Under the pieces are notes generated by a model. It ran no database searches. It saw only the letters and a program-made list of their open reading frames with translations, and was not told the origin of the DNA. Shown piece after piece: positions 54,189 through 64,000 of a stretch of 64,000 nucleotides of DNA. The DNA is taken from the IMG/VR virus record IMGVR_UViG_3300010234_000009, positions 292 to 64,291 of that record, one strand, 5' to 3'. Numbering within the stretch: position 1 is the first letter of the stretch; the number at the start of each line of letters is the position of its first letter. Both the position numbers and the translations under genes were made by a program. Source of the DNA: a virus (lineage: Duplodnaviria; Caudoviricetes).

Positions 54189-56174
54189 TTACTTCCGGTG
54201 TAGAAGTCTCAGATTCGCGGCACGGTTCGCGATGATAACCTCGTAGCTATCCTCGTATGTGCCACGGTCAACACTCAATCCCGTTGCCAGTGCAATTATA
54301 ACCGGATCGTCGATTCCGAGTGCGGTTCCGGTGTGCCGGGCAAAGACTGCAGACGCGATCCGCTCGTCCTTGACGTCAAATCCGATGTCACGCAGGGCAA
54401 CCGCTGGGGTGACCGCCGAGTATTCGTAATCGAGAAGAATCTGAAAGATGCCCTGGCCGACCAGCGTGGAAGCACTGGCATCGACATTCGCTGGCAAGTG
54501 CAGCCCGGCAATCCGTTGGATCGTGGTAGCCCGGTCCTGCCGTGCCCGGTTGACTGCCCTCTCCACCGAACCGAAGTATTCACCCGACAGTTGCTCGAAT
54601 AGCTCAAAGTCATTGAACTGCTTGACGATGAACTCGTCTTGATTCAATACCCGCACGTCAGCGCCCTGGCCTTGGTTGGCGAATATCTGTTTGAACTTCG
54701 CGGCCTCTTGCTTGAGTATCTGATCCTGCTGGAAGAACGCTCGGAACCGCGGGGACCGGACTGACAGCTCAAGGAAGTCACTCAGTGCCGTGCGGTAACC
54801 CTCGGCGTTGTCGTCCTGCGAGTGGCACGAGATGCAGCCCGCACCGGCTGCTAGCCGAGTGGTGTACGGTTCGGGCAACCGGTGATTGCACGCCACGTTG
54901 TCGGGGACCGTGTCTAACAAAAGTTCGTCGGCGAAGGCGTAGTATTTGTGGGTGCCGTTGGCTGCCTCGGTAATGACTTCCCGGGCAAGTGCCACTGCCT
55001 CAAAAGCATCCACGTCCACGAGCCAGTTGACCCCTCGCTGGTTGTCCAGCGTGTCACTGGTGTAGGCAATCAGCCCGGTGCCGACCGATGGGCGAACGGT
55101 GTTGCCATACACGAGGTGAACGATCCTCGGTTTGCCTGTGACCTTGGACTGCAGGATAGGAACCTTCACCTCAGCCTTGCCGGCTCCAAGATCGCGAAGC
55201 AACTCCGTGAATGAAATCCGTTCGCCGGCGTCGTTGATCGCGCCGATGAAGTGATAGTACAGACCACGTCGCTCCGCATCGCTGCTGTAGACCTGGGCGA
55301 TGAACTCGTCGAGACGGATGATTGGCACGTTCGATTGTGTGAACTGGGGCAGCAGTTGGGCAGTGTCCCCGAGGGCGCGTGTTTGCTCACGACCTTCGAT
55401 CACTCCCTCCGCGACCGACCGCTGCGGTTTGTAATGCTGGGTGTAGCGCAGGTGTTTCGCTGGGTGCCGGTACGTGTTCCCGAGGTAGCTGATCAGGCAG
55501 TAACCGTCATGCTCCGAGACTAACTCCACGGACTTCCACACCGTGCTACCATCCTTCGCTCGGAAGGCTGCTTCAAGCGATCGCTCGTCACGTTGCAGCA
55601 CAGATGCCACGCTCTTGACCACGGGCACCTTGGCGAACGTCTGAGGGAACACGTCGTCGAACGGGAAGTAGATCGACTCCAGCTTGTTCAAGTTGCGGAA
55701 CAACCGTTGCAAGCGTTCTGCATTGGTGGCGCACTGGCGTAGCTCAATCCGAACCAGTTCGATGTCACCCCGAACAATGCGGGCCGGTGAGAACGCGACT
55801 GACGAGGAACTGAGCACTTCGTTCGCGGCTGTTGCTGCCGCTGCATATCCGATGTCCCGGTACCACGGGGGCACCCACACGTAGAGTTGGAAGGGGGCAT
55901 CACGTGAGATTGACGCTGCGTCCACCTCGGCCAGCGTTGCCGCATCGGCCGGCGTGGGTAGCGTCTGCACCGGTGCCGGTAAGGGGGCTGGCACCTGCGC
56001 CTGCGACTCCGCCGCAGTGAGGGCAAGTGCGAATAGGATGAAAAGACGACCGGCCAGTATTCCCGGCGAGGCGCGCACAACCATGGATCGCCACGACGTT
56101 GTCCAGTTCGGCGATATGTCCCCCAAGTCGGCGACGATGGGTTGATCAGATGAGACTGACCGGTCGATGTTCAT
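54189..56174 (-). CDS. Large exported protein with a CxxCH heme-binding motif
   Basis: Signal-like LFILFALALTAAESQA; AGAGCISCHS. Start is uncertain. Confidence 0.6.
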   Translation of the reverse strand: MNIDRSVSSDQPIVADLGDISPNWTTSWRSMVVRASPGILAGRLFILFALALTAAESQAQVPAPLPAPVQTLPTPADAATLAEVDAASISRDAPFQLYVWVPPWYRDIGYAAAATAANEVLSSSSVAFSPARIVRGDIELVRIELRQCATNAERLQRLFRNLNKLESIYFPFDDVFPQTFAKVPVVKSVASVLQRDERSLEAAFRAKDGSTVWKSVELVSEHDGYCLISYLGNTYRHPAKHLRYTQHYKPQRSVAEGVIEGREQTRALGDTAQLLPQFTQSNVPIIRLDEFIAQVYSSDAERRGLYYHFIGAINDAGERISFTELLRDLGAGKAEVKVPILQSKVTGKPRIVHLVYGNTVRPSVGTGLIAYTSDTLDNQRGVNWLVDVDAFEAVALAREVITEAANGTHKYYAFADELLLDTVPDNVACNHRLPEPYTTRLAAGAGCISCHSQDDNAEGYRTALSDFLELSVRSPRFRAFFQQDQILKQEAAKFKQIFANQGQGADVRVLNQDEFIVKQFNDFELFEQLSGEYFGSVERAVNRARQDRATTIQRIAGLHLPANVDASASTLVGQGIFQILLDYEYSAVTPAVALRDIGFDVKDERIASAVFARHTGTALGIDDPVIIALATGLSVDRGTYEDSYEVIIANRAANLRLLHRK

Positions 56175-56181
56175 AGGTAGC

Positions 56182-56592
56182 CTACTGGCAGCGTTCGTGA
56201 GAACTCGGATCGAAGTCTGCTTGGTTAGGGTTGGACGAGTCTCCGCCTCCCCCATCCTGATTGTTCATCCATGCCTCCAGTAGTTGCAGGATGAATGGCA
56301 GAATCGTGGTGAACAACTTCACCCAGTCGATGCCGGCTGCTTGCGCTGCGATAGCGAGTTCTTGCGCCGGCATGATGTGGCTGGAGTCGATAGGCTTGGT
56401 ACAAGCAACAGACCGTACCTGCCGATCCAACACGCCATTGAGCAATCCCTCGAGCCACGAAATCAGTTCGGGGCTATTGAGGACTGTCCTGAGGAACTTG
56501 ATCGCCTCACCAACAACCCGATTTGGGGCGAAGCGATTCCACACTTCTAACATCCGCAAGATACCCTCGATGGTGTCTCTGAAATTACTCAC
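56182..56592 (-). CDS. Hypothetical (amphipathic/membrane) protein
   Basis: GTG start overlapping the end of the protease gene; IDWVKLFTTILPFILQLL. Confidence 0.55.
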   Translation of the reverse strand: MSNFRDTIEGILRMLEVWNRFAPNRVVGEAIKFLRTVLNSPELISWLEGLLNGVLDRQVRSVACTKPIDSSHIMPAQELAIAAQAAGIDWVKLFTTILPFILQLLEAWMNNQDGGGGDSSNPNQADFDPSSHERCQ

Positions 56593-57565
56593 GATACTCT
56601 CCTTGAAATAGGGAAATACTCCCCTGCTCACGCAGGTGACGACTCGGATTGCCGATGGTCTGCCCTCCACCACCGGCGAACAATAACGCTACAAAATCAT
56701 ACGAATCCCGGGTGAGGATTGCACTACCGGAGTCTCCGCCGGCCGAGAACTGCCCACCCGTTTCCTTGGCGAACCGGTCCTGATCACGGAAGGTTGCGGT
56801 GAACTTCCCGTAGTTGACCTGGCTGCGACTCTTGATGCCAACACACCGCCCCTCGGTGACGCCTGTGGTGCGGCCGGTCTTCACGACCCGCATCCCCAAC
56901 TCAGCATCCACCATGTTCTTCCCGAGGGTGCCCACGCCAAGCTGCCGGGGGATCACGGAGTGTTTGTCGGTTCGGTCGCGAACCTCGATGATCGCAAGGT
57001 CTACCAGCCACTCACCATCTCGTGTCAGTTCGTGGACGCGATCCACTCGGGCGAAGTATTCCCCGGTGCGCGTACTCGGTTGGTACATCTTCAAGCCGCC
57101 TCGAGCATCAATGCCGGTGACATGGGCATTGGTGATTCCCTTGACCTTGCCGTTGATGACCACCATGCAGCCGAACGTGCCCACCCAGTTCGCGCCCTCG
57201 GGCTGAATCTGACAACCGCCCAACACGGGGGTGTGGCAGGAACGGTGCCCGGTCTGAGCCTGCATCCCAAGCGGCATATCGCCATCGCCGATATACAGCA
57301 GTTCGGGCGTAGCGATGGGCGCCTCTTGGATGTCCACCCGCATCCCGTTGACTTCGTGTGGGATCGGGACAAGCCCACGTGCGCGGATCGTCTCACGGTT
57401 CATCTTGTTGGGCACCGTGACACAGATCGCTTCCTCACCCCACTGATAGACTCCGTCCTTCATCGGCACGCCAATGCAGACGCTATGGGCATCGCTCACG
57501 CTGGTCGCAACAAAGTCTTCGTACACTTCGTTCAGAGCGGTTACTGCTTGTGCCGTTGCTGTCAT
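56585..57565 (-). CDS. Trypsin-like (chymotrypsin-fold) serine protease with N-terminal prodomain
   Basis: GTFGC, ITNAHV (His), VDLAII (Asp), KTGRTTG, FSAGGDSGS (Ser). Confidence 0.85.
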   Translation of the reverse strand: MTATAQAVTALNEVYEDFVATSVSDAHSVCIGVPMKDGVYQWGEEAICVTVPNKMNRETIRARGLVPIPHEVNGMRVDIQEAPIATPELLYIGDGDMPLGMQAQTGHRSCHTPVLGGCQIQPEGANWVGTFGCMVVINGKVKGITNAHVTGIDARGGLKMYQPSTRTGEYFARVDRVHELTRDGEWLVDLAIIEVRDRTDKHSVIPRQLGVGTLGKNMVDAELGMRVVKTGRTTGVTEGRCVGIKSRSQVNYGKFTATFRDQDRFAKETGGQFSAGGDSGSAILTRDSYDFVALLFAGGGGQTIGNPSRHLREQGSISLFQGEYRE

Positions 57566-57574
57566 CGTCTTCTC

Positions 57575-60500
57575 CTAGAGGTCATCTAGCAGACGGTCGA
57601 TGGCGTCCTTCTTCACCTTAGGGGTGTTCTTGGGCGTCTCACGTCTGCGTCGGGTTTGGGACTCGTTCAAGATGTCGCGGTAGAGGCTCATGTAAAGAGC
57701 GTCTTGCGGGGTCAGTTGTTCCTGATCCGGTGAGTAGAGCGTTTCAAAACTCTGCACACCACGTCGGGATTTTAGCAGGTCTTCTAATCGCTCGCGCAGG
57801 GCAATCTCCGATGCCTTCCCCTGGTCGATGTCGGTTACCCGCAATCCAGTTGCCAAGTTCAACGCCTTGACCGGGATGTTCTTCCGACTGTCGGTTGCCG
57901 TACGCACGGTGCTGAGGGTACGCGCAAGCGGACTGTTTGCCAAAGCCTGTTCGGCGAGGATGCTGCTATTGGGTCGCTCATCCATACCCAGCACGTTGGA
58001 TGCCAAGCGTGCCATGCCGGGGTCAAGGTCTTCCATGTTCCGACCTGAGAAGAACTGCGTACCGCTGGCAATCTCCAGTGGTGCCTTGAGCATCGGGTTG
58101 AGTCGGCCGAGCACTTCTTGTCCGGTACCAAGTGCCGTGTGATACGGTGTAGCGCCTGGTCGTAGTAGGTTCAGAGTGTCTTCGTGCGACAAGCCGAGGC
58201 CGGTCACATACTTGCTCATCCCCTCGGGTGCCCCAAAGATCGCGGTGACGTCCGCAGCCATGGTCTGCCCGATGTACTCTGGCAACGGTTTCTCGTCCCG
58301 GCGAGTGCGGTTGGTTGCCCGTACGGTCTGCGCCAACTTGCCGCCCGGCCGTGACGCCAGTTCCCCGAGGATGAAGGGGGCGATACCACGGGAGAACGTG
58401 TAGAACGGGATCGCCCGGCGAGCAAACTTCTTCTCAAAGTTGGATAGGTTCCGGTAGTCCACCTGGGCAGCGAACACCTTCTTCGCCGCTTCCCGAGGTG
58501 CGAACCCCTGCCGGCGGAACTCGATGTACGGACTGATCCGGTTCAAGCCTTCAAAGTAATCACCGGCTGACCGACCCATCGTCTTGACGTAGTTTTGTGC
58601 CGTGGACTTCGCAGTCATTGGCTGCAGCCCAGCGATTTCCTCAGCGATGTTTGCGCCGCCTTCAACAAGCGAATGTTGACCGTGACCCGGACTGAAAACC
58701 TGGAGGCCGAATAGCTCCTCTTGCAAACGCCTGGTCCGCTCCGCGGCCGAGCCGCCAAATGCAGACGGCAGGTTATTTATCGACTTATTGCCGGCCAAAA
58801 GCTCTCGAGCCTGACCGATCGATCGGAATGAGAAACCGCCAGCGATCCAGTTGTTGAACTGCCCAGAGGTGAAGTTGCGGGAGTGGAAAGCGGGGAATGG
58901 TGCCGTGACCCCTGACTTGAAAATAGAGGTCATTTCGTCGAACGCACGTCCGAACTTTGATACGTCTTCCGGCGCGGTGAACGTCTTCATCAAACGGGTG
59001 ACGTCGTCCGCGATGTCCTTGGGCACGTAGTAGGCGGGAGGGTTCGCACTGGTGGGACTGTGCAGCGGAATCCGCGAGCCTGCTGCCTTGCGGTTCTCAG
59101 CACCCACCTGGAACACCCGCTGCTTCATCACGTCTTTGTCGAGTCCAAGGTTCCCCGCGATGTCGTCCAGCTTGACCATGCCCGAGGGATCACCGGCGAG
59201 GCTTCCCAGTCGATCAAAGTCAGACTGCGTCACGACCGAATCACCGAGTGACTTGTAGACAATCTCCGCTGCGCCAATCGCCCGGTTGCTGTGTTGCGTC
59301 CGCCGGTCGAGCGAGTCGAGTGGATTTTCCCACCACGTCTTGCCCGGCGTCCGGAGTGCATCAGGACTGCGAGGATCGGGACCAATGAGGTTGCGGCGAG
59401 CACGTGTAGCGTAGTCGGGGTCAAGGTTCGCAAGGTACCGAACCAAGGAATCGGACTTGGCCGAATCCATGTTGCCGAGGTCGTAGTTGTTTTTGAGGTA
59501 CAACTCCAGTTCGCGGAAGTTCGTCTTGCCCCGCTGACCGACACGACGGCCGACGCCGCTAAGGTTCTCGTCGGCGATCATCTTGGCGAGCGTGTACGAT
59601 CCGCCCGGGATGTCCCGCAGCACTTCCTTACGTGAGGTCTGGAACGGGTGCGATGTCTCAAAGATACGCTCTGCCCCACGGACTGCATCCCGTAGTCCCC
59701 GTAAGCCCAGCACGCTATCGTCAGGCGCGCGCCCGCGCGGAAAATAATCTGCGACCAAATCATCAAGATCGTGAGTTTTTAAGCCGGCCGCTCGTTCGCG
59801 AGCCAGCATATCAACCATTTCCTGCCGAATCGCATCAACCCGCTGGCCGAGTGGTTTGAGCCGCGCAGGCAGGATGTCCGTCGCGCTTGCACGTCGCAGC
59901 TTCCCATCGGAGATAGCGTTGATGTCGGACGCACTGTAGCCGTGAGTCAGCGCCGCTTCACGTGCCTTGATGTGATCCTTGGAATTGTTGGGCAGTTCCC
60001 GCAGTCGCTTCTCAAGGTCCAGTTGGGTGTGACGTGTGCCATCTTCCCGAACACCTTCCATCGCCCGGCGTACTTCCAACCAGTCGTTGTCGTCCAGCCC
60101 CTTCTCAATCTCCGTCAACCGTCCGGTCTTCGGGTCCACCTGTTCGCTCATCGTCTTGTAGCGGTGGTCGTGGAACGCCTGCGCGTGATCCATAATCTGA
60201 GCACGGGACGCCTGTTGTGCAAGTTCGTCGTTCTCACTTGCCAGTCGAGCGAGTCCCTGCGTCTCTCGGGTGGTCATCCCCTTGAGAGCCTTGTCGAACA
60301 TCGGGAAGGCGGGACGCAATGGCGAGAGCGCACCGTGGCGAGCGTAGTCCCCAACGGCATCGAGGGTCTTCGCGACTGGGGTGGATACTCTGCCGGCACC
60401 GGCACCGAGTATCTTCATGGGGTCTTGGAAGGGAAGCCCCACGCCCATCAAGCCCGACAGCGGTTCGTCTGCGATGTCTTTCAGCTTGACGCCCTGCTTC

Positions 60501-61114
60501 TTCGCAAGGGTCGCTGCCTGTCGCAGCGTGTCCGCACCTTCCTCTGCCAGCAGGTTTCGGAGGGTGACGCCGCCGGCTGCTGCCCCCTGTGTACGCGCAG
60601 TTGCTTTGCCGACTGCTTTTGTGGCACCTCGAGCGAGATATTCCCCGGCCTCGTGGCGAGCAGTCTTGCTTGCTAGAGCCTGTGCTTTGTTCAAAAGTCC
60701 CAGCTTCGACGCGACCTGGCCGCCCTTCGTTAACGCCGAGCCGGTGCCCAGCGTGACATAACTTAGAGGGTCAAGGATAACCTCGGCAGCGAGTCCGCCG
60801 GCAAAGTTTCCCCACGTGTCTTTCTTGCCGATCATCCCATAATGGCGAGCCAAGTCCCGGCCGGTCAATCGGTTCTTCGCGGTCAACGGTGACAGCAGTT
60901 GGTCGAGTGGAGTCTCGCCCCCGAGCAAGTCACGCACCATCGAACCGGGCAAGTCGAGAACATTACCCACGGCAGAGACGCCAGAAACAACACCCCCACC
61001 GACCATCGAGGCGAGGGACCGTCGCTCGTTTTCGGTGAGGCGATTGGGCTGCTTCTTGCTTCGTTTCCTTCGACTGTCCAGCGGATCATCGAAGATGGAG
61101 TCAAGGTCTAGCAC
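57575..61114 (-). CDS. Large internal virion/ejection protein (LPD38-like C-terminus)
   Basis: 1179 aa helical protein; C-terminal VDY..LS.FEK...PFYTF...LPEYIG pattern seen in large polyvalent phage proteins. Confidence 0.6.
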   Translation of the reverse strand: MLDLDSIFDDPLDSRRKRSKKQPNRLTENERRSLASMVGGGVVSGVSAVGNVLDLPGSMVRDLLGGETPLDQLLSPLTAKNRLTGRDLARHYGMIGKKDTWGNFAGGLAAEVILDPLSYVTLGTGSALTKGGQVASKLGLLNKAQALASKTARHEAGEYLARGATKAVGKATARTQGAAAGGVTLRNLLAEEGADTLRQAATLAKKQGVKLKDIADEPLSGLMGVGLPFQDPMKILGAGAGRVSTPVAKTLDAVGDYARHGALSPLRPAFPMFDKALKGMTTRETQGLARLASENDELAQQASRAQIMDHAQAFHDHRYKTMSEQVDPKTGRLTEIEKGLDDNDWLEVRRAMEGVREDGTRHTQLDLEKRLRELPNNSKDHIKAREAALTHGYSASDINAISDGKLRRASATDILPARLKPLGQRVDAIRQEMVDMLARERAAGLKTHDLDDLVADYFPRGRAPDDSVLGLRGLRDAVRGAERIFETSHPFQTSRKEVLRDIPGGSYTLAKMIADENLSGVGRRVGQRGKTNFRELELYLKNNYDLGNMDSAKSDSLVRYLANLDPDYATRARRNLIGPDPRSPDALRTPGKTWWENPLDSLDRRTQHSNRAIGAAEIVYKSLGDSVVTQSDFDRLGSLAGDPSGMVKLDDIAGNLGLDKDVMKQRVFQVGAENRKAAGSRIPLHSPTSANPPAYYVPKDIADDVTRLMKTFTAPEDVSKFGRAFDEMTSIFKSGVTAPFPAFHSRNFTSGQFNNWIAGGFSFRSIGQARELLAGNKSINNLPSAFGGSAAERTRRLQEELFGLQVFSPGHGQHSLVEGGANIAEEIAGLQPMTAKSTAQNYVKTMGRSAGDYFEGLNRISPYIEFRRQGFAPREAAKKVFAAQVDYRNLSNFEKKFARRAIPFYTFSRGIAPFILGELASRPGGKLAQTVRATNRTRRDEKPLPEYIGQTMAADVTAIFGAPEGMSKYVTGLGLSHEDTLNLLRPGATPYHTALGTGQEVLGRLNPMLKAPLEIASGTQFFSGRNMEDLDPGMARLASNVLGMDERPNSSILAEQALANSPLARTLSTVRTATDSRKNIPVKALNLATGLRVTDIDQGKASEIALRERLEDLLKSRRGVQSFETLYSPDQEQLTPQDALYMSLYRDILNESQTRRRRETPKNTPKVKKDAIDRLLDDL

Positions 61115-61115
61115 T

Positions 61116-63497
61116 CTAATCTCCTAATACACCAAGTAGGTCACCAAACTCGCCTCTGCGCTTGGACCGCCTTTGCGCAGCCGTGTAAACGCCAAACGGG
61201 TCGTAACCACTCCAGTAGCCGACAGACATGGGGCCGGTCCTAAACCAGTCACCGAACGCGCCCGTCTTGGACGCCGTATCGAGGTAGTCAATAAGGGCGT
61301 CCCTGCTGATCCCCTCTCGTTCCGCAGCGGCGAAGATGTGGTCGGGGTTTCTGACGCCCGCAGATCGGACTCGATCCACGAAAGATTCAATGCCGCCTTC
61401 CGCAGCAGGCGTTTTTGCTGCGCCGATAGCAGGCATACCAGTCGCCGCAGCCCGCTCGGCCTCCTGCGCCGCCTCGAGGGTATCGTAAGCGCCGGCCTTC
61501 CACTTGTCGTAGGCAGTGGGGTTCTTCGCCCTGGCGATTTTCAGGTCGTGGGCTTCCTTCTCCCTCGCTTCCGCTGCCTGCTTCAACTTCATTTCTTCCC
61601 GTTGAATCTCCATCAGGCTTTTGTTGTGCGCGGCACGCTGCTCACCTGCCTGCAGCGAGGCGAACAACTCCGGGTTCTTCTCTGCCCACCTCTGGAGTGC
61701 GATGTTGTTGGTAGCGTCACCAGGAGGGGCTATTCCCTTGCCTCGGTCGATGACTGCCTGCTTCCGGGCTGCTAGTTCCGCTTGACGCTCGGGAGACAGA
61801 ACACCCCGCTGTCGCTCCACAGCGGCCGATACGGGCGGTCTGCCCCCTCGGTGGTCAATTCGGACCTGCGCACGCTGTCGTGCCCACTCGGCACGCTCAG
61901 GCGTTCCTAGAGGGGGTGGCCCACCCAGTTCCGCAGCCGCAGCATCAAGGTCAACCTGACCATCGGCGTACATTTGCGGCAGCGCAACGCCGGTCGAGCC
62001 TGAATCGTCGGCATAGTACACCCGCCCGTTGCGGTCTACGCGAGCCACCGTGTTGCCGCCGAACCGCTGCCCTTCGCTGTGCATAAGCCCCGGCGCACCG
62101 CGGACTCCCGGCGCTCCTGACAAGCCGCCATAATTACCCGCGCTGGACGAGGCAAGAAGGTCATTCTGCCCGCTAGTTCGATTGTGTCCGCGAGACTCCA
62201 TCGCTGCCTTGCGGGCCAGCATCATCTCCTCGAGTGGGTCCACTGCCGGCGGAACTTCTGCTTCCCGGCCTCCGCCAGCATTTCGGAAGTCCTCCAGAAC
62301 CTTTGCTTTGAGTCCCTCGATTCCGCCGCCTATACCTGCACCGGCGAGAACGTCTCCACCCATCTCAGCGCGAGACAAGCGAGCAATCTCCTCCTGCGCG
62401 CGGCGCAGAAGTTCGTCCATCTCCGCAGTGCCGCCGGCGATGGCGGGGTTATCTATGGAGGTATCGCCGTAGCCTCGAACTGCAGAGGGGGGCAAGCCTG
62501 GAATCTGGCGAGGAGCCTGTGATGCGACGTCATCCATCACCGGGGGTAAAGCACTAGGCGCACCTGGTTGCACGCCCGGTTGTCGAGCCTGCCCCGAGTA
62601 CGCAGCGGGTGGCACTGCTGCGCTGGTGGATACCGCCGGTGCACCAGACAGCCCAAGTCGATCGCGCCACACGCCTAGATCGATCGCAGGGTGAGTGCCC
62701 ACGCCTGGCGTCTCTTTCACCGTCAGCCCCAGCGTGTCGTACCAGCCAGCGAGGTCGCCGCCAGTGAGCATGGAATTACCTGGGCTGGATTGCGGCGATG
62801 GCGATGGCGATGGCGATGGTGTCGGCTGCACAGCGGGTGGTATTCCCGAACTGCCGTAAAGCTGGGTATCAAGCCCATACTCTGCGAGAAGCGATTCCCG
62901 GCTGGGCGCAGCGAGTATCTTGTCGCGAGTGACACCCTTGTCGAGCAATGAGGTCAACTCGCTGGGCGTCAGCCCGTGAGGAAGTGAATTGTCGACCGAT
63001 GCCCGGGGCGGTGAACTGTAAGACGCCATATCCGCCGCCTTCGCTTGCTCGTAAGCAGCGATCGCCTCTGGACTTCTCGCAGCGCCGGGACCGTTGAACA
63101 TCGACATTGCCGAGAAAGGGCTGGGGGTCTGTTGTGGAGCCTGCGAGTTCGCCGTGTCGGGCAGCGGGAAGGCTGGGTGCGGTACGTCAGACCTTATGAC
63201 GGTCCCATCGCCTTGCGGTGTCCAAATATCATGGTAGGACTTCCAATCTTGTGGAATGTTGTATTGCTGCCGCTCGTCTTCCGCCGACAACGGGAATCCA
63301 TTTCTTTTGCGAGACGCAACCTGCAACCTCGCTTGGTCGAGACTGATAGGGTTGCCGTTCGCCTTAAACTGCTGCATGACGAACTGCTCCTCGGGCGACG
63401 GGCGCTCCGGCTCAATCTCCCACGGCTTTGCGTTGGGATCGGCGGAACGGGGAGTCTGTCCGAGTAGCATCGCCAGCGGATTCGTGAAGCGTGACAT
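61116..63497 (-). CDS. Putative internal virion/ejection protein
   Basis: 793 aa Pro/Ala/Gly-rich, between other ejection-like genes. Confidence 0.55.
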   Translation of the reverse strand: MSRFTNPLAMLLGQTPRSADPNAKPWEIEPERPSPEEQFVMQQFKANGNPISLDQARLQVASRKRNGFPLSAEDERQQYNIPQDWKSYHDIWTPQGDGTVIRSDVPHPAFPLPDTANSQAPQQTPSPFSAMSMFNGPGAARSPEAIAAYEQAKAADMASYSSPPRASVDNSLPHGLTPSELTSLLDKGVTRDKILAAPSRESLLAEYGLDTQLYGSSGIPPAVQPTPSPSPSPSPQSSPGNSMLTGGDLAGWYDTLGLTVKETPGVGTHPAIDLGVWRDRLGLSGAPAVSTSAAVPPAAYSGQARQPGVQPGAPSALPPVMDDVASQAPRQIPGLPPSAVRGYGDTSIDNPAIAGGTAEMDELLRRAQEEIARLSRAEMGGDVLAGAGIGGGIEGLKAKVLEDFRNAGGGREAEVPPAVDPLEEMMLARKAAMESRGHNRTSGQNDLLASSSAGNYGGLSGAPGVRGAPGLMHSEGQRFGGNTVARVDRNGRVYYADDSGSTGVALPQMYADGQVDLDAAAAELGGPPPLGTPERAEWARQRAQVRIDHRGGRPPVSAAVERQRGVLSPERQAELAARKQAVIDRGKGIAPPGDATNNIALQRWAEKNPELFASLQAGEQRAAHNKSLMEIQREEMKLKQAAEAREKEAHDLKIARAKNPTAYDKWKAGAYDTLEAAQEAERAAATGMPAIGAAKTPAAEGGIESFVDRVRSAGVRNPDHIFAAAEREGISRDALIDYLDTASKTGAFGDWFRTGPMSVGYWSGYDPFGVYTAAQRRSKRRGEFGDLLGVLGD

Positions 63498-63515
63498 AGC
63501 GTGTCCTTGTGCGTG

Positions 63516-64000
63516 TTAGATCAAGCCGCCAATTCCACCCATGAGGGCACCGTAGATGCCTTGGTTGAATTGAGTCTCTTGGTTCTGCATCTGTCGCAGC
63601 AAGTCGAACTGCGCCATTGCAAGGTTGCCTTGGTAGTTCTCCGCGCCCGCTTGATGGGCAGCGTTCGCCATCTGATTCTCAAACGGGATCATCTGATTAC
63701 GAAGCTGCCCCTGCGCCTCGAGCGCCTGCATCTGAGGGATTACTTGCGCCATCGTGCCAGCACCACGACTCACACCCGGCTTGGTGAAGTTCTTCGCCTG
63801 CGCCAGAGGGTTCGCGTTGGTGTAGGCAGTTTCGAGTGCCTGATTCTGCATGTGCTGCGTCATCTCGTCCGAGTACGGATTGTTGGTTGGGGCGATGGTA
63901 TTCACCGAGGCGAGTCCGTTGCTGCCCGCTCCAGGGGCACCGCCCGGGGTACCCCCGCCCATACCCCCGCCCATACCCCCGGCACCACCACCAGCAACAG
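63516..64000 (-). CDS. Gly/Met/Gln-rich ejection-like protein, 5'-truncated at the window edge
   Basis: The frame stays open to position 64000 (...VAGGGAGGMGGGMGGGTPGG...); composition matches the gene truncated at position 1. Confidence 0.6.
   Translation of the reverse strand, partial: VAGGGAGGMGGGMGGGTPGGAPGAGSNGLASVNTIAPTNNPYSDEMTQHMQNQALETAYTNANPLAQAKNFTKPGVSRGAGTMAQVIPQMQALEAQGQLRNQMIPFENQMANAAHQAGAENYQGNLAMAQFDLLRQMQNQETQFNQGIYGALMGGIGGLI

Noticed and set aside
1-64000. CRISPR array, rRNA, IS transposase, DNA or RNA polymerase, recognisable endolysin
   Set aside because: No regularly spaced repeat-spacer array and no diagnostic motifs for these were seen by eye. Divergent versions could have been missed.

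Overview
The window looks like most of a ~64+ kb tailed dsDNA phage genome with a short-tail (podovirus-like) layout. The host is probably a planctomycete: there is a DUF1580-like HTH, a planctomycete-type cytochrome c domain and TIGR02996-like motifs. All family names come from motif recognition by eye, not database searches. Layout: (1) 25361->1, minus strand, virion and packaging genes (scaffold, major capsid, endonuclease VII, glycosyltransferase-methyltransferase fusion, terminase, portal, adaptor, nozzle, fibres, ejection proteins). This block appears to continue from the other edge (64000->57575). (2) 25480-44994, plus strand, small ORFs and an accessory/early region (beta-clamp-like protein, MoxR AAA+ and vWA pair, DNA methyltransferase, GHKL ATPase, reverse transcriptase, serine recombinase). 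(3) 57565->44991, minus strand, a secreted protease/cytochrome-c module, CsrA, YqaJ recombination pair, GroES, initiator with iterons, DnaB and RusA. The best candidate for a new system is a stand-alone retron-type RT (43207-44076). It sits behind a ~470-nt non-coding region that folds by inspection into three separately closed multi-hairpin domains, one with retron msr/msd geometry, and is followed by a serine recombinase. Other notable items are a ~170-nt tRNA-like RNA with an 8/5 fold and inserted arms, two homologous sigma54-type promoter cassettes, a leader motif repeated before 11 early genes, and a classical C2H2 zinc-finger ORF.
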